Shown: piece after piece, positions 9,418-18,939 of the stretch
Position numbering within the stretch: the stretch's first letter is position 1
Layout of the letters: each line of letters starts with the position of its first letter
Translations under genes and position numbers: made by a program
Assembly (NCBI GenBank): GCA_965223845.1
Contig: CBDCXR010000004.1
Span: forward strand, 2,720,001 to 2,784,000
Direction of reading: 5' to 3'
Origin: Planctomycetota bacterium
GTDB lineage: Bacteria; Planctomycetota; UBA8108; SXIK01
DNA: 64,000 nucleotides
Notes under the pieces: model-generated
What the model saw: only the letters and a program-made list of their open reading frames with translations
What the model was told of the DNA's origin: nothing
The model's database searches: none

Positions 9418-12030
9418 CTATTCCGTCGGACGGTCGTCGATCGCCTGCCGGATCGCCTCGCGCCGCTCCTCGACGGTCCGCGAGTCGAACCCCGAGAGGA
9501 TCTGCAAGGCCTCGAGCTCGTCGCCGAAACGAACATTGCGCTCGGCGAGCAGCAGCGCGAACGACTCGTCGCGCGCGAGATTCGCGGGAAGATGGGTGGT
9601 GATCGGATCGCGCCCGACGACCGCACGAATTTGCTCGAGGTTTCGCTGCGCGCGATCCGCACCCCCGTAGAGCGATCCCGCGCCCGAATAGAGCGCCTCG
9701 CCGCGCGAGTCCGAATTGACGGGGAGTCCGACCCGCAGACCGACCCACTCGTCGACGCCGCGCGCGCCGCCGAGAAAGAGGGCGAGACGATCGACCGGCA
9801 TTTCGAGCAAGGTCGCGGCCTGGAACTTCCCCGGCGGCGCGCGGAGGGGAGCCTCGAGAGCGATCGGCTCGGCGGAGGCGACGAGGACGAGCTCTCCGGT
9901 CCCGGGCGGGCGAGCGACGAGCACCTCGGGGAAGACCCGCCGCAGCGTCCGTACGATCAAGCGCACGGTGTCCTCCTCGACCTTGTACAGCTGAAGCCAC
10001 TGAACGAGATATCCGCCCGGCCTCAGCACGGCGCGCAAGCGCTCGAAGAACTCGATCGTGAAGAGCGGCGCCGCTCCCGGCACCCACGGCTCGGACGGCT
10101 GGCTCACGATGACGTCCCACTCGCGCCCCGCGAGCTCCGACGCGAGCAACCGACGAGCGTCGCCGAAGTGAAAGGAGCACGGAACGGCGCCGGCGGGAGC
10201 GACGGCGCCGTCGAGAATCCACGCGGGAAGAAACACCTCGACGTAAGGCCGCACGCGCTCGTGACGGAGCACGCGGAGAAACTCCGGCTCGAGCTCGATG
10301 ACATCGACCGACCGCGGCCGATAGGAATCCCCGCAACCCTCGAGCAGCGCGCCGAGGGTCACGCCGCTCCCGAGTCCGATGAGCAGCGCGTCGGCGCCGT
10401 CGCGCCCGAAGCGAATCGAAGCCGCCAACTCACCGAGCAGGATCTGAGTGGGGAGATCCGCGAGGCTCGGCCGCCCTCGATCGGCCGGCACGCTTCCTTC
10501 GACCTTGCCGTTCGACTTGAAGTAGACGGTGTTCTGCTCCGCGACGAGTTCGACGGAAACGACGGCCTCCCGCCCGACCTCGGCGGCGAGAAGCGACCGG
10601 CCCTCGAGCCCGTCCGCGATCGATCGCGACCGCAGGTCTTCCGACGACCACTGGTAGACTCCGGCGAGGAGTCGGCGAAGATCCCACGGTTCCCGTGCGG
10701 CGACCCCGATCCACGCGGCGCAGCCGACGATCGCCGCGGTGCTCGCAACTGTGCAGCGCATCCGGAACGAGCGGTTCCTTCGCGCCGGTGTCTCGGTGCG
10801 CAGCGAGAGAACAGCCCCCGTCAAGGCCAGCGCGACAAGACCAACCAGGCCGGAGTGATACGCCCCTTCGAGGTCGATGACCGCCGCGGCGAGCGGCCCG
10901 CCGGCGAACGCGCCGAGAGCGGCGCCCACGGAGTTGACGGCGTAGAGGCTCCCGACTCGTTCGCGCCAGCGCGCGACGGCGAGCGGGAACAGCGAGCCGA
11001 GAAGACAATTCGGCGCGAAGACGACGGCGGCCGCACCGAGTGTTCCGACGACGAGCGGAGATGCCGCGTCCGTCCGTACGCCGACCAGATACGCAGAGGG
11101 GAGATGCGGCACGGCGAAGTACATCGCCGCGAATGCGAGCGCTACGAGCGCGGGAAGCCCCCAGACAACCCAGCCGAACGCGACGCGCCGAGACAGCAGA
11201 CTCCCAACTCCGATGCCGAGTACGACGCTGCTCGAGACGACCGCGAACGCGTAGACGGTCGTCCCGACGACGAGGACGAGGAGACGCGTCCAGAGGACTT
11301 CCCAGTAGAGGACGACGAATCCGGAGAGAAAGAGAAAGACGGCGGCGATCGCGCGTCCCCTCGGGTCGGACGACCGTTCGTGCTGAGGTCGCACCGGCGG
11401 CTCGGTTCCGCTCCGCGGCCGCACGAACGCGAGCGCCGCCGCTCCGACGCCGCCCTGCAGCGCGGTGCAGAGCGCCACGGCGCCCCACTCGCCCGCGTAG
11501 CGGATCGCGACGAGACCCGTCGCGAGTCCACCGAGCGCGGCTCCAATCGCGTTCACGCCGTAAACGGTGCGGAGCTCGCGATCGACGGAGCGGTCCCTTG
11601 GAAGCGCAGCGATGAGGAGCGGAAACGTCGCGCCGGCCGGTAGCGTCGCCGCAGCGACGACCGCGAGAAGGAGGGCATCGCCACCCGGCAGCGCCGCCAG
11701 CCAGTAACCGGCCGAGAGCACGAGCGATCCGAGAAGCGCCGCTCCGGCCGCGATGACTTCGGCGGCAGCGTACGCCGTGAGCGGGCGAGCGAATCGAGCG
11801 TGCCATCGCTCCGCGATGTACGCGCCGAGCCCGAGTCCGCCGAGGAAGCCGGCGAGAACGGCGGCGATCGCGCTCGATGTCGATCCCAGAACGCGATGGA
11901 GCATTCGCGCCCAGACGACTTCGATCCCAACGGTCGCGGCTCCGCTGAAGAAGACCAAGACGGCAACGATGAGCCAGCGGCGTCCGCGGAGGACCGCGTG
12001 AGACTCGCTCTCTGACGGAGATGCGCTCAC
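9418..12030 (-). CDS. Multi-TM (MFS-like) / spermidine synthase-like fusion protein
   Basis: Two repeats of FLSG...EVxWxRxL...G.T TM blocks and LYAVNSVGAALG; SAM-fold C-terminus LLIGLGSGVT, IELEPE, GDAR, DVIVSQPSEPW...LFTIEFF. Confidence 0.85.
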   Translation of the reverse strand: MSASPSESESHAVLRGRRWLIVAVLVFFSGAATVGIEVVWARMLHRVLGSTSSAIAAVLAGFLGGLGLGAYIAERWHARFARPLTAYAAAEVIAAGAALLGSLVLSAGYWLAALPGGDALLLAVVAAATLPAGATFPLLIAALPRDRSVDRELRTVYGVNAIGAALGGLATGLVAIRYAGEWGAVALCTALQGGVGAAALAFVRPRSGTEPPVRPQHERSSDPRGRAIAAVFLFLSGFVVLYWEVLWTRLLVLVVGTTVYAFAVVSSSVVLGIGVGSLLSRRVAFGWVVWGLPALVALAFAAMYFAVPHLPSAYLVGVRTDAASPLVVGTLGAAAVVFAPNCLLGSLFPLAVARWRERVGSLYAVNSVGAALGAFAGGPLAAAVIDLEGAYHSGLVGLVALALTGAVLSLRTETPARRNRSFRMRCTVASTAAIVGCAAWIGVAAREPWDLRRLLAGVYQWSSEDLRSRSIADGLEGRSLLAAEVGREAVVSVELVAEQNTVYFKSNGKVEGSVPADRGRPSLADLPTQILLGELAASIRFGRDGADALLIGLGSGVTLGALLEGCGDSYRPRSVDVIELEPEFLRVLRHERVRPYVEVFLPAWILDGAVAPAGAVPCSFHFGDARRLLASELAGREWDVIVSQPSEPWVPGAAPLFTIEFFERLRAVLRPGGYLVQWLQLYKVEEDTVRLIVRTLRRVFPEVLVARPPGTGELVLVASAEPIALEAPLRAPPGKFQAATLLEMPVDRLALFLGGARGVDEWVGLRVGLPVNSDSRGEALYSGAGSLYGGADRAQRNLEQIRAVVGRDPITTHLPANLARDESFALLLAERNVRFGDELEALQILSGFDSRTVEERREAIRQAIDDRPTE

Positions 12031-14930
12031 CCACCCTCCTCGAGTCGCGGAATCACCTCGTCGTTCACGAACTTCCTCACGGCTTCCTTCTGCACGTCGT
12101 CCCGCTCGCTCGCGCGCTCGAGGAATCGCGTAAACGCCTCGATCGACTCCTCCCAGCGTTCGAGCGCGGCGAGGGCGTAGCCGCGAGTCGCTTCGAGAGA
12201 AGGCTCGGCAAATCCCCTCGAGGCGGCCTTCGCGCAGAGCTCGAGCGCCTCGTTCGGATCCGTTTGGCGCGTGAGCTCCGCGAGGTCCGCGAAGGCGTGA
12301 GGCTTCGCCGACTCACCTTCCGGGAGCTGCGCTAGGTACTCGCGATAGAAGCGCCTCGCATCCTCGGTCGCGTTCGCGTCGCGCGCGAGCTCGGCGAGCG
12401 CGAGGAGAGTCGGCGCGTTGGCCGGATCGCGCTCGAGTGAAGCGCGGAAATAGCGCTCGGCGTCTCCGCGCTGACCGAGGCGACGGCTGACGCCGCCGAG
12501 ACCCCGGAGGGCGATCGCTTCGTACGAAGACTCCTCGAAACTCTTTGCCTTCTCAAACAGCTCGGCGAACACGCCCCGCGCCGCGATGAGCTCGACTTTC
12601 TCGAGGTGCTCCATGCCGCGCCGGTAGAGGGCGTCGAGTAGCTCTCGCCGCCCCTCGGGCGTGTTCTCAGCCTCATCCGTGCGCCGCCGAATCGCGACCG
12701 TGCGAACGCCTTCGAGCGCTTCTTCGTTCCGCGGATCGACGGCGAGCGCCCGACGGTAGTACGACTCCGCCGCCTCGAGCTCGCCGCGGTTCGTCTCGAT
12801 TCCGCCCAGCGTCACGAGCGCGGGCAGGTACCGCGCGTCGCGCCGGAGGATGCCCTCGAGAACCGCGATCGCGGCGGTGAGCTCGCTCCGCCGATCGAGG
12901 ATCTTCGCCCGCCGCATGAGAAGATGGAGTCGCTCGGGATCGGGAACCGTGCGCGCAAGGACGGAGTCGACCCACGTGCCGGCCACGTCGAGCTCGTCCG
13001 AGTCGATGAGGGAATCCGCGAGCTCGACCGCGACGCGATACTTCTCGCCGGCGTCGTGCGGGAGTGTCTCGTAGGCGCGTCTCATCTCGGCGAGCGCGTC
13101 GTCCTTTCGCCCGTCGAGGGCGGCGATCTTGCTCCGGTAGTAGTGCGCCGCGCCGACGAGTCCGGCTGGACGACCGAGAGCGATCACCTTGGCGAAGGCT
13201 TCGTTCGCGGCCGCGTGTTCGCCGCGCTTGAGCAGCGTCGATGCGAAATCGAAATGCACCGCCGTGTGGTCCGCCGATTCGGCGATCGAGCTTCCGTCCG
13301 TGTCGCGAGAGGAGAGGATTTCGCGGTAGTCGGCAAGTGCGCGATCGAGGAGCTCGGAGCGATCGGTGCCGAGCTCGGCGAGGAGACCGGCTCGAAACGT
13401 GAGCGCCTGGAGCACGTAGCCGCGGTGAAGCGGGACGTCCGGTCGTTCGCGGAAGAGATCGAGCGCCGCGGTGTACTCGTCGATCGCCTCGCGGTGCCGC
13501 GCGCTCGCCTTCAGGGCATGCGCCCGTGCGAGGTGCGCTCGCGCGCAAGTCGGCTGAGCTTCCACGGCCGCGGTCCAGAGGCGAAGCGGCGACTGCCAAT
13601 CGAGGTTTCGCCGGATCGCAAGGGCACCGAGAGTGATCACGAGCGCCGCGCATGCGGCAGTCGCCGCGAGTCGATCTCGCCGGTAGAACCGGGCGAGGAG
13701 AGCCGCGACGACGACGATGACACCGACACTCGGAAGGTACGCAAAGCGTTCGGCGAATCGATCGGGGATCGGAACGAACTGAAGGACCGGCGTGAGCGTG
13801 CCGAGAAACCAGAGCCCCCCGAGTGCCGCGATCGGCGCCCGAGCATTCCGTGAGGTCGACGGCGCACCGTCGCCCGATCGCGGACGAATCGACCGCCAGA
13901 AGGAGAACAGCGAAACTCCGGCGAGACCGAGCCAAAGCGCGAGCGCCGGAAGCGTCGTCAGCGGCGACACGAATCCCTTCGAAGGGAGAATCGCGGCGTA
14001 GCTGTAGTCGACGCTCTGCCCGACCGGAACGAGGAGAAGTCCGAGGTAGCGCGCGACGTAGCGCGGAGCGGAGAGAAGGACGGACTCGCCGGGGTCGCGG
14101 AGCGACGCCGCGATCAACTTCTCGTTTCCGAGCGTTACGGCGATCGATGCGACCGTGATCCCCCACAGCGCCGCGTGGAGCCACCAGCGCCGAGCGCTCC
14201 AGCGAGCCCGGCGCACGCCGTCGACGAGCAGCATCGCGGGGGCGAGAGTGATCACCATCTCCTTCGTGAGCAGTCCGAAAACGAGGAGTAGCGGCGCTCC
14301 TACGAGCGCGGCGATCGAAACGTGCTCGCGTCCACTTCGCACGACGAGAGCTACCGCCGCGAGAAAGAACAACGTCGAGAGGACATCTCGCCGGCCGGAA
14401 ATATACGTGACGGCCTCGGTGTGGAGCGGGTGAACGGCAAAGAGGAGAGCGGCGACGAGCCCCGCCACCGCCGCGGCCGTCGGACGCGCCGACGACGCTC
14501 CCGTACCGATCGTGATCTGCCGGAGAAGCGAAGCGACGAGGACTCCGACGAGGAGCGAGTTGAGGATGTGAAACGCGACGTTTCCGAGACGGAAAAAAAA
14601 CGTCGGAGTTTCGCGGGCCGAGAACTCTCCGTACGTCCAGCGCGAGAGCGTGTAGTCGACGAAATACGACAGGAAACGCAGCGGACGGTAGTTCGGGCGA
14701 AGCTCCTCGTCGTCCCACCGCGTCGAGGTGACGTCGAAGGTCGCGACGAGGATTGAAGGATCCTCGTAGGCTTCGCGAAGTACGTGGTTGTCCCGGACGA
14801 GCTTGACGTCGTCGAAGACGAACGGCGCGTGGAGAACTCCCGCGTACGGGAGGAACGCCGCGGCGGCGATCGTGAGCGCGGCGAGTGTGACCGCTCGGCG
14901 CGGCCAGCGATCGTCGTTCCGATCGTTCAT
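12027..14930 (-). CDS. TMTC-like GT-C glycosyltransferase (protein O-mannosyltransferase-like) with C-terminal TPRs
   Basis: FVFDD, YRPL, FAVHPLHTEAVTYISGR, TKE, AERFAYLPS, RNLDW, followed by many TPR repeats. Confidence 0.85.
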   Translation of the reverse strand: MNDRNDDRWPRRAVTLAALTIAAAAFLPYAGVLHAPFVFDDVKLVRDNHVLREAYEDPSILVATFDVTSTRWDDEELRPNYRPLRFLSYFVDYTLSRWTYGEFSARETPTFFFRLGNVAFHILNSLLVGVLVASLLRQITIGTGASSARPTAAAVAGLVAALLFAVHPLHTEAVTYISGRRDVLSTLFFLAAVALVVRSGREHVSIAALVGAPLLLVFGLLTKEMVITLAPAMLLVDGVRRARWSARRWWLHAALWGITVASIAVTLGNEKLIAASLRDPGESVLLSAPRYVARYLGLLLVPVGQSVDYSYAAILPSKGFVSPLTTLPALALWLGLAGVSLFSFWRSIRPRSGDGAPSTSRNARAPIAALGGLWFLGTLTPVLQFVPIPDRFAERFAYLPSVGVIVVVAALLARFYRRDRLAATAACAALVITLGALAIRRNLDWQSPLRLWTAAVEAQPTCARAHLARAHALKASARHREAIDEYTAALDLFRERPDVPLHRGYVLQALTFRAGLLAELGTDRSELLDRALADYREILSSRDTDGSSIAESADHTAVHFDFASTLLKRGEHAAANEAFAKVIALGRPAGLVGAAHYYRSKIAALDGRKDDALAEMRRAYETLPHDAGEKYRVAVELADSLIDSDELDVAGTWVDSVLARTVPDPERLHLLMRRAKILDRRSELTAAIAVLEGILRRDARYLPALVTLGGIETNRGELEAAESYYRRALAVDPRNEEALEGVRTVAIRRRTDEAENTPEGRRELLDALYRRGMEHLEKVELIAARGVFAELFEKAKSFEESSYEAIALRGLGGVSRRLGQRGDAERYFRASLERDPANAPTLLALAELARDANATEDARRFYREYLAQLPEGESAKPHAFADLAELTRQTDPNEALELCAKAASRGFAEPSLEATRGYALAALERWEESIEAFTRFLERASERDDVQKEAVRKFVNDEVIPRLEEGG

Positions 14931-15613
14931 TCCGCTCCTCGCTCGAGCCGGTAGATACCGGCGATGGCAAACGCTCCCGGAAGCCAGCGGACGAACGGCG
15001 AAGCGATGCTGCGGACGAACGACCAGCGCGGCGGAAAGACGCTCACCGGGACCTCGTCGACAACGCGGAGTCCCGCCGCGGCGAAGAGCGAAGCGGCGGA
15101 GGAGCGATCGAAGTGGCGTACATGGGCATCCGTGTGGCCGCCGAACGGAAGTCGCCCGCAGAGGATGCGAAGGCGGGCGGGGAGGGTGATCTCGTTCGGG
15201 AGCGAGACGACGAGCTGACCGCCGGGCGCGAGGAGCGCCCCCATCTTCGTCAGAGCGCCGAGCGGGTCAAGCAAGTGCTCGAGCACCTCGAGCGCGACGA
15301 CGACGTCGGCCCGATCGGCCGCCACCGCAGTGAGATCGTCGGTCTCGATGTCGGCCCGCTCGACATCGAGACCCCGCGATCGAGCCGCCTCGACCGCGCG
15401 CGAGGAAACGTCGACACCGCGCGAACGGAATCCAGCTCGCATGAAGCTCTCGAGCGTCCAACCCGGACCGCAACCGACTTCGAGGAGGGTACGATTCTCC
15501 GCGTCACCGAGAATCCAGAGAGCGATCGCCGCGCGCTCGCGGCTCCGCGCCTCCGTGCGCGCCGTGTCGCGCTCGACCCAGTACGCGTCGTAGTACTTTT
15601 CGGCGTCAAACAT
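14927..15613 (-). CDS. Class I SAM-dependent methyltransferase
   Basis: LLEVGCGPG, GVDVS, ALEVLEHLLDP, LAPGGQLVVSLPN. Confidence 0.9.
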   Translation of the reverse strand: MFDAEKYYDAYWVERDTARTEARSRERAAIALWILGDAENRTLLEVGCGPGWTLESFMRAGFRSRGVDVSSRAVEAARSRGLDVERADIETDDLTAVAADRADVVVALEVLEHLLDPLGALTKMGALLAPGGQLVVSLPNEITLPARLRILCGRLPFGGHTDAHVRHFDRSSAASLFAAAGLRVVDEVPVSVFPPRWSFVRSIASPFVRWLPGAFAIAGIYRLERGAE

Positions 15614-16862
15614 CGCTCGACACCTCGGCGATCAGCCGCCCGAGTCTCGCCCCGCGCTCGGCAGCGGTCGGTGCCCGGTCCGCGCGCGCCACGGCGTCTC
15701 GGAGGCGCTCGAGCTCGCCCGTACGAAACACGTCGAGAAGCGCCGACGCGAGCGCCGGTGCGTCGTGCGGCGGCACGAGACGGCCCGTCACGCCGTCGTC
15801 GACGAGATCGACGATTCCTCCGACGCGCGTCGCGACGACCGGAAGTCCGCGCGACTGCGCTTCGAGGATGCTGACGGGCGTCCCTTCTGAGTGCGACGGC
15901 AGGACGAATACGTCGGCCGCGTCGTACCAATCGACGAGGTCCCGCTGTGGAATCCGTCCCGGAAGACGGCAGCGCTGCGCGGAAACATCGTCCGCGAGAG
16001 CTTCGAGACACCAAGCGCGGCGCGCCCCGTCTCCGGCGACACAGAGCGTAGTCGAAGGTCGCGCGGCGGACACCGTCCGCCACGCTTCGACGAGCTCGAC
16101 GACTCCCTTCGCCGAATCGACATCGCCGACGAAGAGTAGGACGTCCCGATCGTCCTCGATCTCGAGGCGCGCCCGGGCGTCGCCGCGGCGCGCGCTCACA
16201 CCGCCCGCGAGCTCTCCCGATCCGAACACAGCACCGTCGACTCCCATAGGAAGAAGCGTGATCCGGTCGGACCCTAGCGCGTGATCGCACTCGATGCGAT
16301 CGGCGAGGTCGCGACTCACTGCCGCCACGCGGCGCGCACGCCGGAGCACCCAGGACGCGACGCGGCGGAGCAGACCTCGGCGCGCGAATTGCCGGATGTC
16401 CGATCCGTGCGCGAACACGATGAACGGTCGACGCAGCGCGAGGCTCACGATCGCGGCCACCGGTCCCATCGGGAGTACCCAGTGGGCGCAGATGACATCG
16501 ACGTGCCGTCCGCGGGCGGCTCGGAGCGCGGCCACGATCGCGGAGAGAAGATAGACGGCCTGCAGCCAGATCCGCGGGCGCGAGATCTCCTTCAGGCGCC
16601 GTCCGCCTCCGGGGTAGGCGAACCGCCGGACCGCGATCCCCCGGCGCGTCTCCGCCGCCGCGTCGGTCGCGCGGACTCGCGGAGCGACGACCGTCGCCGC
16701 GGTCACCGTCCCTCCCGGCTCGTCGAGAAGGGCTCGCGTAAGCGTCTCGATGAACACGCCGCGCTCGGGCTCCGAGTCCGCCGGATACGCGGCTGTGAGG
16801 ACGAGGAGTCGGATGGGCAGGTCGGGGGTCCGGACGTCTCCCGGCGTCGACGGAGGGACCAT
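15606..16862 (-). CDS. Glycosyltransferase family 4
   Basis: AHGSD, LFVG..KG, ADVFVLPSHSEGTPVSILEAQSRGLPVVATRVGG. Confidence 0.93.
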   Translation of the reverse strand: MVPPSTPGDVRTPDLPIRLLVLTAAYPADSEPERGVFIETLTRALLDEPGGTVTAATVVAPRVRATDAAAETRRGIAVRRFAYPGGGRRLKEISRPRIWLQAVYLLSAIVAALRAARGRHVDVICAHWVLPMGPVAAIVSLALRRPFIVFAHGSDIRQFARRGLLRRVASWVLRRARRVAAVSRDLADRIECDHALGSDRITLLPMGVDGAVFGSGELAGGVSARRGDARARLEIEDDRDVLLFVGDVDSAKGVVELVEAWRTVSAARPSTTLCVAGDGARRAWCLEALADDVSAQRCRLPGRIPQRDLVDWYDAADVFVLPSHSEGTPVSILEAQSRGLPVVATRVGGIVDLVDDGVTGRLVPPHDAPALASALLDVFRTGELERLRDAVARADRAPTAAERGARLGRLIAEVSSDV

Positions 16863-16865
16863 CGC

Positions 16866-17828
16866 TCAACGCGCCTCGCGCGAGCGTGAGAACGAGGTCA
16901 CTTCCGGAGCAGGGACGTCCGCGCGACCGCGGGAGGAGCGAAAGTGGTACGCGATCAGCTCGCCGAAGAACCCGAGACTGACGAGTTGAAATCCGAAGAC
17001 GATCAGAACGAGCCCCAGCGCGAGCAACGGGAAGCGGCTCTGGATCGACCCCGTCGCGAGGCGGAGGATCGCGAGGTAGAGCGAGATCGCGAATCCGGCG
17101 AGGCCCATCGCCGTCCCCGTCCCGACGAAGAAGCGGCCCGGGCGAGCTTCGTTTCGGAGGAGAAACACGACGACGACGAGATCGATCAATCCCTGGAAGA
17201 TGCGCTCTTTCCCGTAGCGCGATACGCCGTGCTCCCGCGGTCGGTGCTCGATGGCGACCTCGGTCGTTCGGAACCCGCGCCAGTGGGCGAGGAGGGGTAC
17301 GAAGCGATGAAATCCGACGGTGAGGTGAAGCGCGTCGAGGACTTCGCGACGGAACACCTTGAGGCCGCAGTTCATGTCCCGGACGCGGACGCCGCCGAGC
17401 CAACGCGCGACTCGGTTGAAGCAACGCGAGCCGAAAACTTTGAGAAACGGATCCCGGCGCCGGTGGCGCCAACCACCGACGAGGTCGTAGCCGTCGTTCA
17501 GCTTTTCGACGAGGCGCGGAATGTCCTCCGGGCTCTCTTGCAGATCTGCGTCGATCGTGGCGACGAGCTCGCCGCTGGCTCGAGAGAGTCCGGCGGCGAG
17601 CGCGACACTCTTCCCGACGTTCCGCGCGAACGTGATCACGATCGTCCCCTCGTCGGCGGCGGCGAGCGAGGAAAGTACTTCCGCCGTCCCGTCGGTGCTC
17701 CCGTCGTCGACGAACACGAGCTCGCTCCCGGCCGGAAGCGCCGCCCGCAGTCGCCGGTGGAGCTCGGCGAGCGAACGCTCTTCGTTCAGGACGGAGACCA
17801 CGACGGTCAGCGGCGGGGTAGGACTCAT
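16866..17828 (-). CDS. Glycosyltransferase family 2 (ArnC / polyprenol-phosphate sugar synthase-like)
   Basis: FVDDGSTDGT, IDADLQ, RDMNCGLK, FHRFVP, HRPREHGVSRYG; two C-terminal TM segments. Confidence 0.92.
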   Translation of the reverse strand: MSPTPPLTVVVSVLNEERSLAELHRRLRAALPAGSELVFVDDGSTDGTAEVLSSLAAADEGTIVITFARNVGKSVALAAGLSRASGELVATIDADLQESPEDIPRLVEKLNDGYDLVGGWRHRRRDPFLKVFGSRCFNRVARWLGGVRVRDMNCGLKVFRREVLDALHLTVGFHRFVPLLAHWRGFRTTEVAIEHRPREHGVSRYGKERIFQGLIDLVVVVFLLRNEARPGRFFVGTGTAMGLAGFAISLYLAILRLATGSIQSRFPLLALGLVLIVFGFQLVSLGFFGELIAYHFRSSRGRADVPAPEVTSFSRSREAR

Positions 17829-18080
17829 GGAGTGAAACGAACCTTCGTTCGGGCTGCGCGGAGAAGAATTCGCGCGGGACCGGGGCGACCTCCTCGTTTC
17901 ACCCGTGCGAGAAGACGACGAGCCTGGCCAAGGATCGGCTCGACGCCGGAGAGAGCGGCGTCGCGAAGCGCACCACCAGCGATTCTGAATGAATCGTCGA
18001 GGATTCGCGACGAAGAGGCCGACCGAGAGATCTTGAACAGGCTCCTAGGACCGAGCCGCGCCTCCTCAATTCTTCGGGCG

Positions 18081-18806
18081 TCAAACCTCGATCCCGTACT
18101 CCTGCTTGAGGAAGTCGAGCAAGTCCCAGAAGTTCTGCGCCTCGCAGGCCGGCTGACTTTCGCTCTCCTGGTCAGCGTACTTCCCGCGTCGCATCCGCAC
18201 CGTCACCATTCCGATGGAGTTCGGCGGATCGATGTCGTTTATCGGATTGTCGCCGACGTACATGGTCTCGGTAGGCCGCAGATTGAGGTCACTGCAGGCG
18301 CGCTGGTAGATCTTCGGATTCGGCTTCGAGATGCCGAGCTGGTTCGATATGAAGATTGCGTTCGGCGCGATGTAGGGATGGAGGCGCATGCGGACGAGCT
18401 TCTCCGCCTGCTTCACGGCCAGTCCCTCAGTGATGATGCCGAGGGTGAGGTCGTCTTTCTTGGCGAGCAGACGAAAGACCTCGAACGCGTCCTCGAACGG
18501 CGCCAGGTAGCGCATCTTCGTTTCGTGGTACGCGATGACCCCGGCGGCGATGAGGACGGCGATGTTCTTTCCGCGGTAGTGGCGACGGGGAATCCGTGCG
18601 AGCAGCTTGTCGAAGTGCTGCTCGTAGTTCGACGAAAACTCGTGGATCACCTCGTCGAGCTCCTCGAGGAGGAGCTTCTTGTCGACATCGAGGCCGGCTT
18701 CGATCATCGCGTCGAGCGCAGCCGACCGAGCCCGCTCCGAGAACTCGGTGGTCGAGTAGAGCGTGTCGTCGATATCGAAGAAGATTCCTTTGAGCGAAGC
18801 GGGCAT
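18081..18806 (-). CDS. HAD-IA phosphatase, TIGR02253/MJ1437-like
   Basis: FFDIDDTL, LGIITEG..VKQAEKL, SKPNPKIY, YVGDNPINDI. Start set at MPASLK (18806). Confidence 0.88.
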   Translation of the reverse strand: MPASLKGIFFDIDDTLYSTTEFSERARSAALDAMIEAGLDVDKKLLLEELDEVIHEFSSNYEQHFDKLLARIPRRHYRGKNIAVLIAAGVIAYHETKMRYLAPFEDAFEVFRLLAKKDDLTLGIITEGLAVKQAEKLVRMRLHPYIAPNAIFISNQLGISKPNPKIYQRACSDLNLRPTETMYVGDNPINDIDPPNSIGMVTVRMRRGKYADQESESQPACEAQNFWDLLDFLKQEYGIEV

Positions 18807-18939
18807 GCTCCGAGCTTCTCCCGGTCGTCTACGCGCTGCCTCGCCTCCGCCGGCGGATGCGAACGGCTCCGGAATCATATCGGCACAACCGAGATTTCTC
18901 AGCAGCCGAGCGAGCGCGAGCTCGAGCCGCTGCGACGAC

